Of a stretch of DNA of 64,000 bases, positions 13,122 through 28,100 are shown one piece after another. The notes under the pieces were generated by a model, which was not told the origin of the DNA, ran no database searches, and saw only the letters and a list, made by a program, of their open reading frames with translations. A program made the position numbers and the translations under genes. Where the stretch lies: assembly GCA_036172245.1 (NCBI GenBank), contig JAYWIR010000065.1, positions 1 to 64,000 of the forward strand, in the 5' to 3' direction. Numbering within the stretch: position 1 is the first letter of the stretch; every line of letters starts with the position of its first letter. Origin of the DNA: Raillietiella orientalis (taxonomy: Eukaryota).

Positions 13122-16100
13122 CTGACCAGCAAAATGCACAGATGAAGAACGGAAAGTGCACTCTCACTTTGAAGCCCCGTCCGCTGACGACGGAATTACT
13201 GCGAAATACGATTCGGATGTGATTCGAGGAAGTGTGCATGGGCGCTGGGATCTGACGCCCGCATCCTCTCAGAAGGGTCGTCCACATGTCGTTTTGCCAT
13301 TCCTTGATCTGCGATTCGAATGAGAGGAGCGAGATTATTTGAGAATGGATGCAGATCTCTCAGCTTAAGGCTCAGTTGCGGAAGGCGAAGAGCGTTGCAC
13401 CGATCGAGAGACAGAGAGAAAGAGTGGCCGTCAGCACTTGCGATTCGGCACTCGACAGAACGGCCAACTGCTCGCAAAAGCTCCTTTTGTGCAGTTGGCT
13501 CTCGTCGCCTTGCCGCTTCCATGCAAAGGACGACTGCATGCCAATTCCCTATACGAATGATGAGTTTTCTCTCAGGTTGAATGGGAGCGACGGAATCTGC
13601 TGGATATTGGGACAGGAAAGGACACCTCGAAATGTGCGTCCCGAAAAAGTTTTGCCAGGATGCAGCCAACGAACCGGTCAGCTAAAGGTGGTGGAAGCGA
13701 TAAAAGAACCAATAGCACTCGGCACTTCAGCACAACCTTGGGTGTCCTCCAGCATTCCTTAATGCTGATGGAGAAATTGCTACTCAAAGGATAAGTTTTC
13801 TTTTCGCCCACGAGAAATGAGCAATTTTCTCGGTTTTCCTCTGTGCAACGAAACCCAAAGTCCGGCTTGCGGGGCAAACCGAATGCGAAGGATACATTGC
13901 TGTAAGCACAGTAAATGTCGGCGTCGCCAACCGTGCCAAGAAGTTAAGATTGCAGTCAGATTCCCAACTTCGCGACAACGTGCTCTGACAACGAACTGCA
14001 AAACCAGGCAGATGAAACATTGCCAAGGATGATTCTTCCCCTCCTGCAAAGCAAAACATGCGGAACTTCGAGCGAACCTAACGTTTAACGCGGGAACTCT
14101 CCCCCGCAAACCATTGCAAGCTATTCTGAAGAGGAAGACAACCAGTGTCAAGCTTTGGCCGCAAGAGTCACCTGCAACCGAGTCGGCGCTCGCGTGGGTC
14201 TCACCTATTTCCCTCCAGGTGCTGTCAACCGCAGCAGAAGAAATGCACCCATGGACGCACGGAGGAGCAACGCCGGTTGCGAAAAAGAAATCGGAAGCAA
14301 CGGCATGATAAAGTGAGTTGGGCGTGAAAAGTGAATTGCATGTCTAGCGGGAGGGACGCGAATGTTCGCTCCCCGACGAAGAATCGGCCCGCGAGTGTTA
14401 TCTTTCCAAGAAGAATCTGGGAGCACTGTCCCAGGTCCGGCGAGAATAGCTTATCCGTAGGATGGAAAGATGCGCTTTGAAAAGAGGAAGGAGGCCGCGA
14501 GCTCGCATGAGGTCTGCAGCCAGCAGCGTTATACCATGACGAAGTCGTTTTGGCAATCGGCACTCGTCTCGACGTCGAAGCGTTCCGTGAAGTTGAGAAA
14601 GATGTGAACTCCTGGCTCGCCCACGATCTGCCACTCGCACTCCACGTTGCTTGCGTATTCCGAAGGAAATCCTGGAGACCACGCGGCGCCGCTGCGACTG
14701 TGGAACAGTCCACCGCATCCTGATATGGAAGAGTCTCGTGAATAGCGCTCTCTCTCGAACAGCAAAGGGCGGCTGCATGCCTTTCGATCTTTGCGTCAGC
14801 CTGACCCGGAAGCCGGAGTGTTCGGTTGCGGCATCGGAATGAAACTGCAAGTACGCGAAATGGCTCTCCGTGTGGAAGCTGGAAGGCAACGTTTGACCGC
14901 AGTATTTGCCGATCAAAGGCGATTCCGAGGAGATCCCATTCCTGATCAGTAGATAATCCTTTTCGCATTTTTCCGAATGTTCCAAATCCATGGTTAAGAA
15001 GCTGATCTGGGTTGCACTGTGTCTTGAAAGGAGTGGTTCCTTCGGTACGTACGGTTATTTGAGATGCCTCATCGGTTCGCACCGCCCATATGCAATCGTA
15101 ATTGGAGAAATAATTCTGTGGGTGGTTGGGAGAAGCGATTTCCTTTTCTCCGGCGAGCTGCATCTGCGAGCCGCAGCGGTTCAGCGAATACGAAATGTTG
15201 AAACCTGCGAAGCTGTCTTCGTCGTTCGTCTGCAGTTGGAGGAGGAAGAACGCAAGCCAAGCGCCAAGGTACGTACCTTGAAAACCAGCATCAGCTCGTG
15301 CTCTGCTTTCAGCAAGGTGGTTCCCGATGGCATGCTGCCGCACAATTTTTCTGACGGATTTCCGTTGGCATCTAGAACCAGGAGCTTCTTATATCACGGG
15401 AATAACTCAGGATACAGGTATACTGTCTTCAGTTGACCAGTGGTCTCGCGTGTGGACAGTATCTCAGGAGGACAAAACCATCTCGTTCACCACAGTCGGC
15501 TGCGCAATTCGTAATGCTCGCGTTCCATCGAATCGGATTCGTGAGAGATTTGCGAAGTGAGGAAGGGGGATATTTGAAGGGTGTGCGATCCCCAGCAAAA
15601 TGGACCCGCTTCCCTTCGCATCCGAATCAACAGTTTTGCAAACGAAGGAGCAGAAAGAAGGCGGTCCACGTTTCGAGAGCATTCCATCGGCGTCGAGCTC
15701 ACCATCCTCTTTGCCTCGTGATAGCTCTTCGTAATCACACGTTTCCAGATATCCCGGAAGAAAAGCAGCAAGGGATTTCAAAGGAGGGAGGTGGAGGGAA
15801 ACGGTTCAGCAGCTTCCTGACAGGAGCTCCATCACCAAGATATTCCTCATGTGCGTTCCCTCCAAAGAGATATAGAGGACCTCGGGTCATTCCAGGAAAG
15901 GAAAGTCGAAGAACCGAATCCTAGTTTCGAAGATTTCGAGAGGATCAAGACACATTTTACTTAGCGTTCGTGGAGACCGATGCTGTCGTCCCGCGATCCC
16001 ATTCCTGCTCTCGCAAGCTGCTGCGAGAAGAAGAAACGAATGGATAGAATAGTGGGAAGATAATGTGGCAAGCGTTTTTCCGGAGACTTTTCCGATGGAG

Positions 16101-19100
16101 CCAAATCTCGAAGCTTTTTCCTATACGTGTTGAACGCCTTCCTCAAATTCTGGGAGTGGCTGCAGGTGATCCAATGTTCCCCGAATCGCGCACCGTGATG
16201 GAGTTCATCTTCAGATCCGGCTTTCGAATCGAACGCAGCCGAAGCTTCTCTGCTTCCCTTTCCACCATCCACTTGGGGGAAGAGTGCTCCGCTGAAGGAA
16301 GCGAACGGAGAGCCGTTCTGCCGCGTCTTTACTCATGTCTATTCGCTCGCAACGAAGTGCTCTCGAAGAAGTGCTCCATTTTGCGCAGTTCCCCAGCGGC
16401 AGGAACGCCTGGTCCATGCAGACTCTCTCGGACGCATTTCGCGCGATGGAAAAAATCCCGGTCACCTTTCGCTAAAGCCAAGTAGTCGTATATGCATTCG
16501 GACGCATGAGGCGGCTCAAGCTGGAAGAAGTTCATCGTGATTTTGATGGTTCCCTCGATCGTGCCGCCCTTGTGCAGCATCCACGCACACTGAGTGTTGT
16601 TTGGATACGAAGTGTTTCCGAAGAACGGAGTGGTGACGTGACCGGCGACGTTGGCATCCAATCTACCTCCGCAGACTTCACAGGAAGGATGCTGAGGTTT
16701 GCGTTTCGTTCTTACGTGATTGCTGCAGCGTGTCGAAGGCCAGCTTGAACCCTCGACCGCTTTTACCGCCAGAAGTGCTGAACGCGATTCCCATGCTGTT
16801 CGAGGTGGACACGATCTCGGGAGGCAGCTCGTTCCCACAGTGGATGGAAAGAGGCGGGGAGTCCCGAAAAACACCGTTGTAGACCTGGAAAATGGAAAGG
16901 AGCTGAAGAATGGTGCCTTCTGCCACCGGTCCGAATCCGAAGACGGAAGGCGGAATCGAAATTCGTCCTGCCGAACATTCGCGGAAATCAGGACTGACGG
17001 AAGAAATTCGGTAATTCGCGTGAAATGCTCACATGAGCATCACGAAGGTCGAGTTTGCCGGTCAAGGACCAAGGCATGCTCTCGATATGCTGAGCGTGGG
17101 CTTCCACCACAGAAAGGCTGCCAACTCATTGATCCGGTTTTTAAGACGCAAAAGCTTTCGCGGATCGCATCATCCCGTTTCCACACTGCTCGCCTTTTCC
17201 CGTCTTGGATGCAGAGCGTAGCGGTCGCAACATGACGATTGCAGGATGAAGGTGACTTTTCGGCACAAAAGTGGCGAGTTCGAAGAAATGGGTGCAGGAG
17301 GAAGAGTCACGCAGGTCATCGTTCCTGGAGGAATCCCAGCGACTTTCCCGCAGCCAGCATGCATTTCAATGGTCAGCCAGTGATCAGCCGTCTTTTTGAG
17401 TAGTGGGAAGAAAGAGAGGAAGAAGGGTCAGCAAGAGGCCTTAAGATGAATGCTACCGGATGGAAACAGATTACGCTGGCGTAGCAACGTCATGCGGAGG
17501 ACGGACGCCCTTCGGATCTCCGGAAGAACCCGTCAAGTGAACGCGAACCAAGAGCGCGTTCCCATCATACCTGAATAAAATCCTTGCACCCTCCGTATCT
17601 GTTCTTGACGGGGTCGAGGTCGAAATCCAGGAAGGTCATTCTGACCGCCTTTCCCAATCGGGCAAGTATCTTCCAGTAGCATCTGCGAAAACGGGGGTAT
17701 CCATACGGGTATCCCGGCGATGTTATGATCCCCGAATCCATGTAGAGATCTTCTCCACAAACTTCCGTGCTAGCGTTGAAAAAGATCCGGAACTTGGACG
17801 AAGACAACTTGCTGTTGTAGTACTGTACACTGACAACGTTGGAGCTGCCGACGATGGGAGGAGAACTGGATTCGCAAATCGTGGCCAGAATGGGTCCTTC
17901 GAGGAGCTGTGTGGAGGAACCACAAACCATCCCAATGCACCTGTCCGATTAAAATCCCTGATTTCGATGCGGTCGTCCGTGCAATTTAGTCCCGAATGCA
18001 TGTCCAGGTTCCTGAAGGTCAGTGTCACGAAATGGCCGGACGGCACAGTGATGGTCCATTCGCAGTTCAACTCGTGGACAGCGTAATCCGGATAATGAGG
18101 TGACACAACGGTGCCTTGCATTCCATATACTTGTCCTCCACAGGAACCTGAAAAATTGCTCACATGGAAGGGCAGTGGAAGAAAGGAGTCACGTGAAGAG
18201 GCGGCGGATTTCCCAATTCGAAGCATTCCTTGCATTTAGGCTCGGATTGTCTCCTTGAGCCCAGGAATTGAAGGACGCAAGCGTTCCCTTAGTCTGCATT
18301 TCCAGTGATTATGCTTCGACACGACACTTGGGAGCGAAGAAAGAGAAGCGCTCTAGGCGTGAAGAACCGTGGTTTCGCAAGAAAAAGCCTCATCCAAGGT
18401 ATTGCGCTCACTGACTCGACGTTTATCTGCAAAATCGCAATCTCTTTTTTCGAGTTTTCTTTCCTACAGCGACGGGTGCTCGGTGAGCTGGCCTTACTGT
18501 CGTCTTCGAGGGAAAAGCATGCACGGTGACTCCTCCCCTGAGCGAATTCACCGGACTTACTGGTCGTTGGTTCGACGCTCTTCATTTCTCGAGTTTCGGC
18601 AGAAGCAAAGTGCGACACGGTGCTCAGCTTGCGGACAGAGAGGTCTGATGAAGTGGAAAGCGAGACAAAGATCGCCCGATCCGTCCGTGGTCATCGGCAA
18701 GCAACAGAACAGGGTGACCTTATACGTAAAGTTCTCATACGTAAGCCACGAACGCTTTCTTTCCCACTCAGCTGGACGCGTGCCTTAAGCAAAGTTGACA
18801 TTTGAAAATTTTCTGACGCTCATTCGTAGCGTTGTTTCCCCTTTGATCGTCCATCGGAAACGTTTAAACGGACGCTTAGGAGCGAATTCTTGTCGGAACG
18901 ATCCAACGCAGCGATTTGAAGAGCCGAGCCTTTTGCTAAAAGTGTTCCATATGAAGGGTCGCGTAGTGATGTTCGAGAACGACAATCTCCGGTGAAGATT
19001 TGCAGAACGCAAGTCGAATCGCTGTCCACAAATGAACACGCAGAAAAGCAGATTGGAACCGTACATGGCAGTACACTGAGACCAGAATAATGCGTTAGCG

Positions 19101-22100
19101 AAAAAGAAAGCTGATGGTTCCCTGTTGAAACCGCTTGGAAGAAAGCTGACTCACTGCAATGTCAACATTGCGCTACGGAAGGTCGAAATTAAGGGCGACA
19201 ACTTTCGAGTAAATAAAAGGTGCACTCCGGGCAGCTATGCAGCAGCAACGGTTCGAACATGGAATTTTTCTGATGTGATCTTTGGACCACGCGCGTCCTT
19301 CGACCAGATGATTTAAAGTCAGGCAATGATTGCGTGCAAGGATACAGCAAGAAGTTTTTCTCATTTTCCTTGGTTTGGACAGTCCGACACCGTCATTCTG
19401 TACGCACAAAGCGCGACTTCATCAAAAAGAGAGTAGCAAAAGAAACGGTTTACTCATGGAAACGTTGACTTTGAAGCCAGGCCTCGTGGATTCCACGTTG
19501 GTCCAGTACTTGATCCAAATGGAGTTTTGCAAAGTGGTAATTGTGTAAGGTTTATCATCGCCGCAGTATCTTCCGATCAATGGAGAGAGGTTGGTGAATC
19601 CATCTCGAAGCTCCACGTACGCATCCGAACAACTGGAGAATAGAGGGAAAATGAAAAGCAATGCGACTGCTTTGTACACGTTTGCATGTCCATACGAAAA
19701 GGAAAGAACAGCATGAGCAAATGCGAGTTCCTCGGTTGAAACTGAATGAATGGACTAACCAACAGGAAATCCTATTCCACCGCAATGGTCTTACGCTTTC
19801 CGATTTTTAACGGCACCTTTCTCATCAAAGGGAGGAGAGGAAAAGAAAAATGTCCAAAGAAGAGATGCGAACAATAGCAAACAACACGAACGCAGTCGTG
19901 CACGGTATGACCGAATGCGGATGTGAAATTGTACACGATGTTCTGCGGCATCGTCTTCGCATCGAGCTGCATTTACGCAGAATTTCTCACCGACGGGAAA
20001 GAGAAAAGCAGAAAAAAATGTTCCTTCAGCGCCACACGGGATTCCTTGAGACTTTTTCCTGCAGGGAAAGTGCGACCTGGTCGGCAGCGAAGCACTCCTT
20101 CGCTCTTGTGCTTGGCACCTGAACAGAACGTGAACTTTGGAAAACCTCAGCCACATGAGGCTCAAAACGACAGTTGGCTTTCACTTTCGGAGGGATGAAA
20201 CAACAAGCGCTGCTTGCGAGCGAGTCTCTTGATGCCCTGCGGGGATATCGTTTCATGTTGAAGCTGTTGTCAAATGCCCCTTATGAACGGATGCACGATG
20301 CTGCAGCAGCAGGAATGAAATCCGGGACATTGCGCGGAATGCTTTCCTCTGAGTTCCCTCTCATGCACGGAGTTGATGGTCGAAATATCTCAATGCAAGC
20401 ACGAAATTCGTGCACGGAAGAAATGGGACGAAATCAAATTGTAGCCCCACACACACGCAGGAAAGCTTCCCAATCCACCAGATGACAAGGCACCAATGAA
20501 AGAATAATCAAAGACGAACTCTCTTACGGGAAGTTCTTCCGGATTACTCAAAGTCCATGTTTTTCGCTCATCCTTTCCAAGAAAAATGTCAAATGTGTGG
20601 GACGGATGTCATGCTATCTGTCGGAAGACAGTTGCTGACAAACCGAGAGGGGGGTTCCTTTCATGTTGGTTTCAATTAGCCACCCTCTTTTGGAGGTCCG
20701 TCCTCCTTTGATCCCAATGATGCTTTCTACTCTTCTTTTCTGTGTTCATGTCAGCCAGCTCCAAAAAAAAAAGACTCCTCTCTGGAGCGTATGCACCAAG
20801 AACTCAAGTAGAGGGTTTTCTTTTTTTCCATTCTATCTTTGCAGCAATTGCTAGTTTTCGAACACATAACGGATACCACGCAAGATGCATGCACTTCGAG
20901 CATGAGAACATTGCTGTAGAAGCTCATCTGAATCCCCTGCACTGCTTTGTGTGTCAATACATCGCCCAGGGACACGTTGGATTTCTTAGGTATTAGAGAA
21001 CTGTGCATTAGCAATCAATCTGATCAGAGCACTGCTTTCAAGGATGTTCCTGCGGAGAAGCTGCAGTCGTTGAACACGATTCCTAGAATTCCCCATAAAT
21101 GGAGAAATAGAAGAAGGAAAGCAACCTCCTTGCTGCTGACGGCTCGTTTCCTTTGGTGAGCAGCTCGAAAATGCTTCCGGTTCTTCCATTGCGGCAGTCG
21201 AATTGCAGTGATTTACGCATCGACATTGCCCAAACGTAGAAATGGCATGCAGAAACCTCGACATGCATTTCATGAGCAGTCGAGAAGCGACGATAAAGCA
21301 CGGTTTCTCGCAGCTGCTGAATTTCATGGATTTCTTCTCGCACTATAGTTGGAGGAAACAAGAAGAATTGGGTTGTCACCGAACGGTTGTTACGGAAGCT
21401 GCGAAATGCCCCCCACCATTTCGACCGCCGTCGCAAAAGACATGTGCACCAGTTGACCATAAAATGGCTTCCGGCGTACACATGCGCATTGCGGCATAAA
21501 ACGACCGAAAGTTTTCTTTTCAGAGGCACTCGGGATTGTGGTCACTGAGCTGCCGAAAAACGCGCCTTGCGAAGACAGCGGAAGCGATTTGCCTCTACAT
21601 CTCGCAAAAGCTGGACAAAAGAAGCATCAAGTCGTCATCGACGTTGTCAGGCACACCTCGCTTCTCATGATCTATACTCACTTTAGGGATGGGGATATGT
21701 CGAATACGTCCTCGAAATTGATGATCAAAGTTGGTCCAGGGGAGGAAATCTGCCAAAAGCACTCCGAGTGTATGGGTGCGATGTTTGGATAATTGGGCGA
21801 CGAGACGACGACAGATTTCTCGCCGTGGCCGAGACTGTATTCACCTCCGCATGCCAAGGAGACTTCGCGATACATCATCCTAAATCTCTGAAAATCAAAG
21901 CATCGATGCACATTCTAGCAGTGGACGTCCATTGATGCCTTTCTAATACGGAATGTCATTGGGCGCAGCTTCCCGAGAACACGGCAACTACGCAATCCAC
22001 ATCGTCCGATTTGAAGATTTGCGAGAAGATTTCGGTCCACAAGCAAGAACTTTTGTGGATGTGTCTTAGCGACCTGCCAAGAAGTGGGACAGCGCTAATG

Positions 22101-25100
22101 TCAATTGCAAACAGAGACAGAAGTGGAGGAGCGAATTTTGCAGGTCAAACGAATGGTGAAAGACATCACAGGAGAAATTTGCTGCTTCCGCTGGGAACAG
22201 TTATCGATCCATTCGTTTTTTCAAATGCACGGGAGGGTAAAGTCCTAGCGTCCATGTGGCCCTCTGTCAGTGATCCCAGGAAACTTCAGAGCAGGAATCA
22301 GATGAGAGCTGGATTTCCAAGCTGCAGCTTCATTTTCCCTCCTTCAAGGCACTTTCGCAGTTCCGCACAAAACGCTGACCGTTTCTTCCAAGAATAACAG
22401 ATACCTTATGGTCTCTGAACGATTTCTTTTGTATTTGGTTGGCTCTCCTGCAACTGATGAATATTGTGTTTGTATTCTCTTGGGCCATCTCCGGAGAAGG
22501 CTCACACGAATAGCAACGATTAGCGAGTTCCAATTCGTGCGCCCTCATCGGCAAAGGGAGGACTTTTCTGTTTGCACAATGTTCTCCCTGTATGCTTCAT
22601 CCCGAAGGTTTTCGAATGCATCCTTTGTTCTGCAATCGATGATGGAAAGTGAGTCGATTTGAATTCTCTTCTTCCCACGCTTCTTTCAATGGTTGGCTCG
22701 CCGCTTGGAACTACCGAAGAGATAGAGCGCCTCGGAAGTTTCCAAATTGAGACTGGCAAACGATTAAAGATAAAGTCGAATCCCTAAAGAGGTGGTCCAA
22801 GTCTTTTTTCGTTTTCTCCATTCTGAGAAAGAAGGAAGAAGCACTGAAACGGGACCAGTGGGTGAATTCCAGGAAACCTCAGCGTCTGACAAAAGTCTTC
22901 GATTTCGTCGAGTGTGTGAATATCATGGAAGTGCTTCCCCTTGTGCTATTGCACTTTTCGATGACGAGCTCTCTCGAATGTTTTTTGAACGGATTCCTTA
23001 GGAATCCCAAGAACTTCTCGAAAAGCACGATTCCAGAGATCCCACAGGCCCCGATGGGTGAAAGATGGGAAGAAAGTGCGTTGCAGAAAGGAAAAAAATA
23101 CAAGCAGGCTTAGTGCCATCTGGAATGTGCTTCAGAGGATGCGCACTTGTGACTCGGTTGATGTCTTCTGTGTGCACACTGAAGAAGCGTTTGAATTTCT
23201 GGATGATTGCCCGTGCCCATTGAAAATCGCGCATTTGTTCCTACGCCTACAGGAAGCTGTGGAGCAGAACGATTCGATGTTGGTACGAAGGAAGACCTCG
23301 GAAGCGTTCTCTTTCCCGATGGACTTTTCAGGTCCATCTAGCATCCACCGTATCCTGAGAGAACAAGTAAGAAAACCGAGCGCTCAGTATCTGCTGGGAG
23401 GCTGCTGCTGCGGAGGAGACCTCTTCACAAATGGAATGGAATGCGAAAGCGAAATTCAACTCTCTTTCCAGGACTTACATCTTGACTTGGGTCTCCTTTG
23501 AAAACAACAAACGCATAGTTGCTGGCCGTTTCTGGAAGAAGAGGAATGGAGCTCCCGCAATGTAAAGTTTGGTTTCCTAAAACTGGAGAGGTGCCGTACC
23601 CTCCATTCAAGATCTACACATGAAAAGCAAAAGGAAAAATGCGTGGCACTTTGGGAAATACTTTGATGTAGTTGTCGTCGCAAGAACTCGAGTTGTCTCT
23701 TCCGACAGAAAACTGCTCAAAGCTCATTTGAATGGTTCTGCCGTGCTTCATGACGAATTTCCACTGGCATGCCGACTCCTCCGCATCAGCAGAGTCAGGA
23801 TAGGTGATGACACCGTGTGGCTCCGTAATTGTGCTTCCACATACTAACGGCGGAACAATCATCCCAAGCACTCTTTTCATCCTACCTTCTCGGAAGTGGG
23901 CGAAGAAGCCTCTTCTGCTTTCCGTCAAATCCGTTACAAATCTGACCTTCATAGTCCTGGAATGACTCCTGATCATTTTCTTCCTTCCGTGACCACAGAA
24001 CCTCCCGATGATTTCCCAGTCTTCAGTTGATGCAAGGCCGTGGGACTCTATTCAAAGAGAGAGCAAACGTGTTTGAGATATGCGCGAAGGCAGCGACTGC
24101 CGTGTCTTCTTGGCTGGCAGCAGTGCCGCGTACAGTGAACCCAACGTATTGGAGTTGCTGAAAGGACCGTACAGTGCCCAAATGATGCGGCGAATTCGGC
24201 ATGGAAGCAATGCGGCTTTCCACTCGCTGATCGCAAGGGGAAATAGGGGTTTCCGTTGATGATTTGTAAGAAAAAAATATCGGAAGACATTGCTGCAAGA
24301 GAGTTCCTTCGCTGCTGGCGTTTTGCGTGAGTCCAAGAAGTTAGCATCTTTCGCTCGTTGAGTATGTACGCCCATAACCAAACACACGTGGCTCTTTTTG
24401 AGCATCCTGTTGTTTCTCGAACAGAATGGTCTTTTTTAGAAATCCGCTTTTTTTTCTATCTTTTCCTCTACGCGGATGTCTTCTTGATATCACCGCTCAA
24501 AAGCAAGAAGAGAATTCTTTAAAGATTTCGTTCTTTTTTCTACGCGCACATCTGTTGAGGATGCTGTAGAACGGAAGAGCGCTCTACGGCCTGAAATTGC
24601 AATAGTGCTTTCTTGTTCCGTGGGCAGTTTTTGCACCTGAAAGAGTAATCAAGAAGAGTCGCTGAGCAAGCATCTGGAAAGAAGGCAAAGAGGGAAAGCG
24701 AAGCAGCGTTTCAGCTAAGCATTGGGTCAATCGTTTGACTTTTCCTCTGTCCAGCTTCTTATGAATTCTCTGCGGTAGTCAGGGTTCCTCTTCAGGAATT
24801 TTGCTCTATGGATTTCCTAGAAACCTACTTGAAACTCGCCGAAAACATCGACAAACAACTTCTCGACCGGAAACTAGCTGAAGTGAATTTTGGTATGATC
24901 ATCACCAAGAATGGGCGCTTTTCCAGCAATGAAAATGTGGACTTTGGTCAACCATTCTGAACAAAAATGCAATCGCTTTCATGTCCTAAAGGAATCTGAC
25001 ACTCTATTTCCTTCTTAATTTGCATCTCCGTTGCAGCTTTACTTCCAGATGTTGAAATCAAGTGTTCACATTCCACAGTTTCTTTTCAATCCTCGGTTTC

Positions 25101-28100
25101 GTTGTTTTTCGTTTCCATCGAATTTCCGGAGACGCTGCCGTGAATGAGGCTGCGATCTTTCCTTTTGAGCATGGCACAAATACCCTTCAGCATTGGCCGC
25201 TCATCGGACTCTCTCCATCTTTCATAATGGCAATCGTATGCATAAGGAAATCCGAAGATGGAAACTGCGAAACCAAATGAGGCGGCAGTTTCTCACCCCG
25301 GCATCGGTTGCCCACGGGTTTTTCGTATATAATTGTGTTTACAGATTTGGGGATTCCAAGGAGGAGAAAATTCTGTGGGCATCAAAACTGCACTGTCATC
25401 GCGGGTGTGAGACTAGCCGGAAATTGCTTTTCTCGTGTCTACTTCAAGAATCTAAATAGTATCACAGAAATAGATCAAGTTGTTTTCAGCACTACGTAAG
25501 CTGGCAAATAAAATCAGCTGCATGGTCCGAAGAAAAAGGCTCCTTGGACACGATAAGCTTAGGTGATGCGATCGAAAAGGAACAAAAAGCAGAACCATGA
25601 AATTTACCTTCAAAAATCTCAATGTGGTCGTAAATGCAGTTAAAGCTGCTTTCTATTTCGTAGTCCTCGATGGACAGCTCCACAGAGTGATGAGGCTGTG
25701 CTCTTATCGACCACTCGCAGGTCACCCCGTGTTCGTATGCTTCAGGGTATCCAGGAGACTGTATCACCGAGGTATTCGTATAATCGTGCGTGAGAGCGTC
25801 CACGTAGAAGGTACAAGTACCGTTATCTAGTTTTCGCAGAATTCTGAGGTAAGTGCCAGGAGGAGACCGCAGCCTTTTACCTCTCGTCGCATTTTCTGCT
25901 TGCGCATCAGGAACGGCTGACCATTCGAATTCAAAAGATCCAACTCTATGTTCCAAATCCAAACGAGCAACGTTTGATTCTATGTAGATGGGAGACGGGC
26001 AAATGGATCCGCAAATACGGGCGACCACGGGTGCTGTCGCTTCCATGCCAGCATACACCTGGAGGCTAAATGTGCTTATCATGATCTCGAAAGCGTCCAT
26101 TTACCAGCATTGAGTCTATGCATTCATATTCATCATAATAGTCGAATATTCCACCTATGTTCATATGAATACAGCGTAAATATATGTACTCATTAGGAGG
26201 TACTACAATCGTCCATGTTATAATGTCATTTTCAGCATATCGAAGATTGGGCATCGAAACTCTTCCCCAACGTCCTGTCTGGAGGCCTCCAAAACCTGCA
26301 TTTCAATAAATACACGTTGTCGTTATAGCAAAAACAATAAAAGCATGGAAAATCCATTTGCTTCCAACATATGAGAGTATTTCAAATCATGGATGGCTAT
26401 GAAACCGCACCAGCATGGAAGACGAACAGACTTCCCGTCAGAAGAGATTGAAAAGCTGATTTTGAGGAAGCATTCGGAATGCTTCGTCACAACAAGCAGA
26501 GTGTGTTATTGCCGATGGGTACAAATGGGTGCGAAGAAACAAAGAGCTCGTCGTGCCACAGAGAACATTCCACGAAGTTTTGATAAAACCTTTGAGAAGA
26601 GAGAAACAGTCAGTAGATGCGGCAGCTGGAAAGTTCTTGTCTTTTCCCGTGTTTGACTTGAATTACCGCTACTGGCACATGGCAGCAGGCGGCATTATGA
26701 TTCACAAAGGCATTAGCATCAGTCCAGAACTGTACAGGCGAGCAACGCTTCACGGACGTTCCGTTTCTGTCACGGCAACGCTTGGCAATGACATTGTATA
26801 CGCTTAGGTATAAACAAAAAACTTGTACATCATTGCAGCAGCGGCTGTTCTCACAGATACTCATGGCATTCAAAGTGCTACAAGCTGGAATGTCATCATG
26901 ATGCACTCGCCTTGACGGCTGATTGGATATTAGGTGTACAAAAGGAGTAGGAAACATTCATACGAAGCAATGAAAGAAGCTTCAGGGTGAAAAGGGTGAA
27001 ATTGAATTTTGCAGGGACAACCCGGCAGTTCGGTGCAAGAATTTCTCGGCCTTCTCTTTCTAAAGCATACTGCTGGTTCGCTGATACCGAATGGTGATTT
27101 GCGTTGAAAGTGCAAATTCTGCTTCCGGTTTCGTAGTCCCCATCAGCTAACTCATGTGTAAGGCAAGCGGACGTTCCTTCCGTGACTCACAAAGGTACTT
27201 CTTCCACACTGCAGAAAAAAACCACTTTTCTTCTTAGGAAGCAAAGGTCTCTATGGAAAGTGGGTATAGGAGATGTAGCTTCCAATGGCTCTCTGCTGAC
27301 TCCTAAGACGATCAAAATGATGAATTTCTGAATCGAGCTTCCTGGATGGCAAAGTGCTGAGAAGTGTTCGTCTCAGAAAGCGTATTTCGGATAACAAGCA
27401 AACAAGAAACCGGTTCTTGATTTCCGTAACATGGGATGCGGTGGAAATTGCTGACAGCACTCATCTTTCTAGGTGAATAGAAGAATTATTGCGCAATCAT
27501 CTTTGGTTTTGCATCATTTACGGAAATCTCGTGCTTGGAGGTTTGCACGTCACCACTAGAGAATAGAGGGGTAGTACGAGAGCTGATTGCACCCAGTCTC
27601 GAAAGTGGGGTTCTACTTTAAAGCCATTCAAGAACAGAATTTCAGTCTTTCTTAAATCATGACTGCCATTTTCCAGCGAGAGAAAATGTGCGAGAGAAAG
27701 AGGATGAAGAAATACGAACCTAAAAAGCATGCCTGCATTTCCTTGAACACGATTTCAAGATTGCAATTTCTATCGATGCCAGTTTATCTTCTTCAATGAT
27801 TCTGTTCGCAAATCGATAACCTAGTCCTGGATCACCCATTCGCATTTCTTTTGTTCAAAATGAAATGAATTCCTTATGTCCCACCTGGAAAGGGGACAGT
27901 ACGCCTCCTTTCCATTCCCTTATCCATTAGGGAGCGAGAGAGCCTTTTACTACCTATCAGCTGGTGTTTCCGTTTATCTTCGCTACCGAACGCGTGCTCT
28001 CCCTATAATGCATATGCTCTTTTCCAAATGCACATACCCTGCTTTCTGGAGCCATACTGCGGATTGCGACGACACAAGGAAGATACAGGACAAGAAATGT

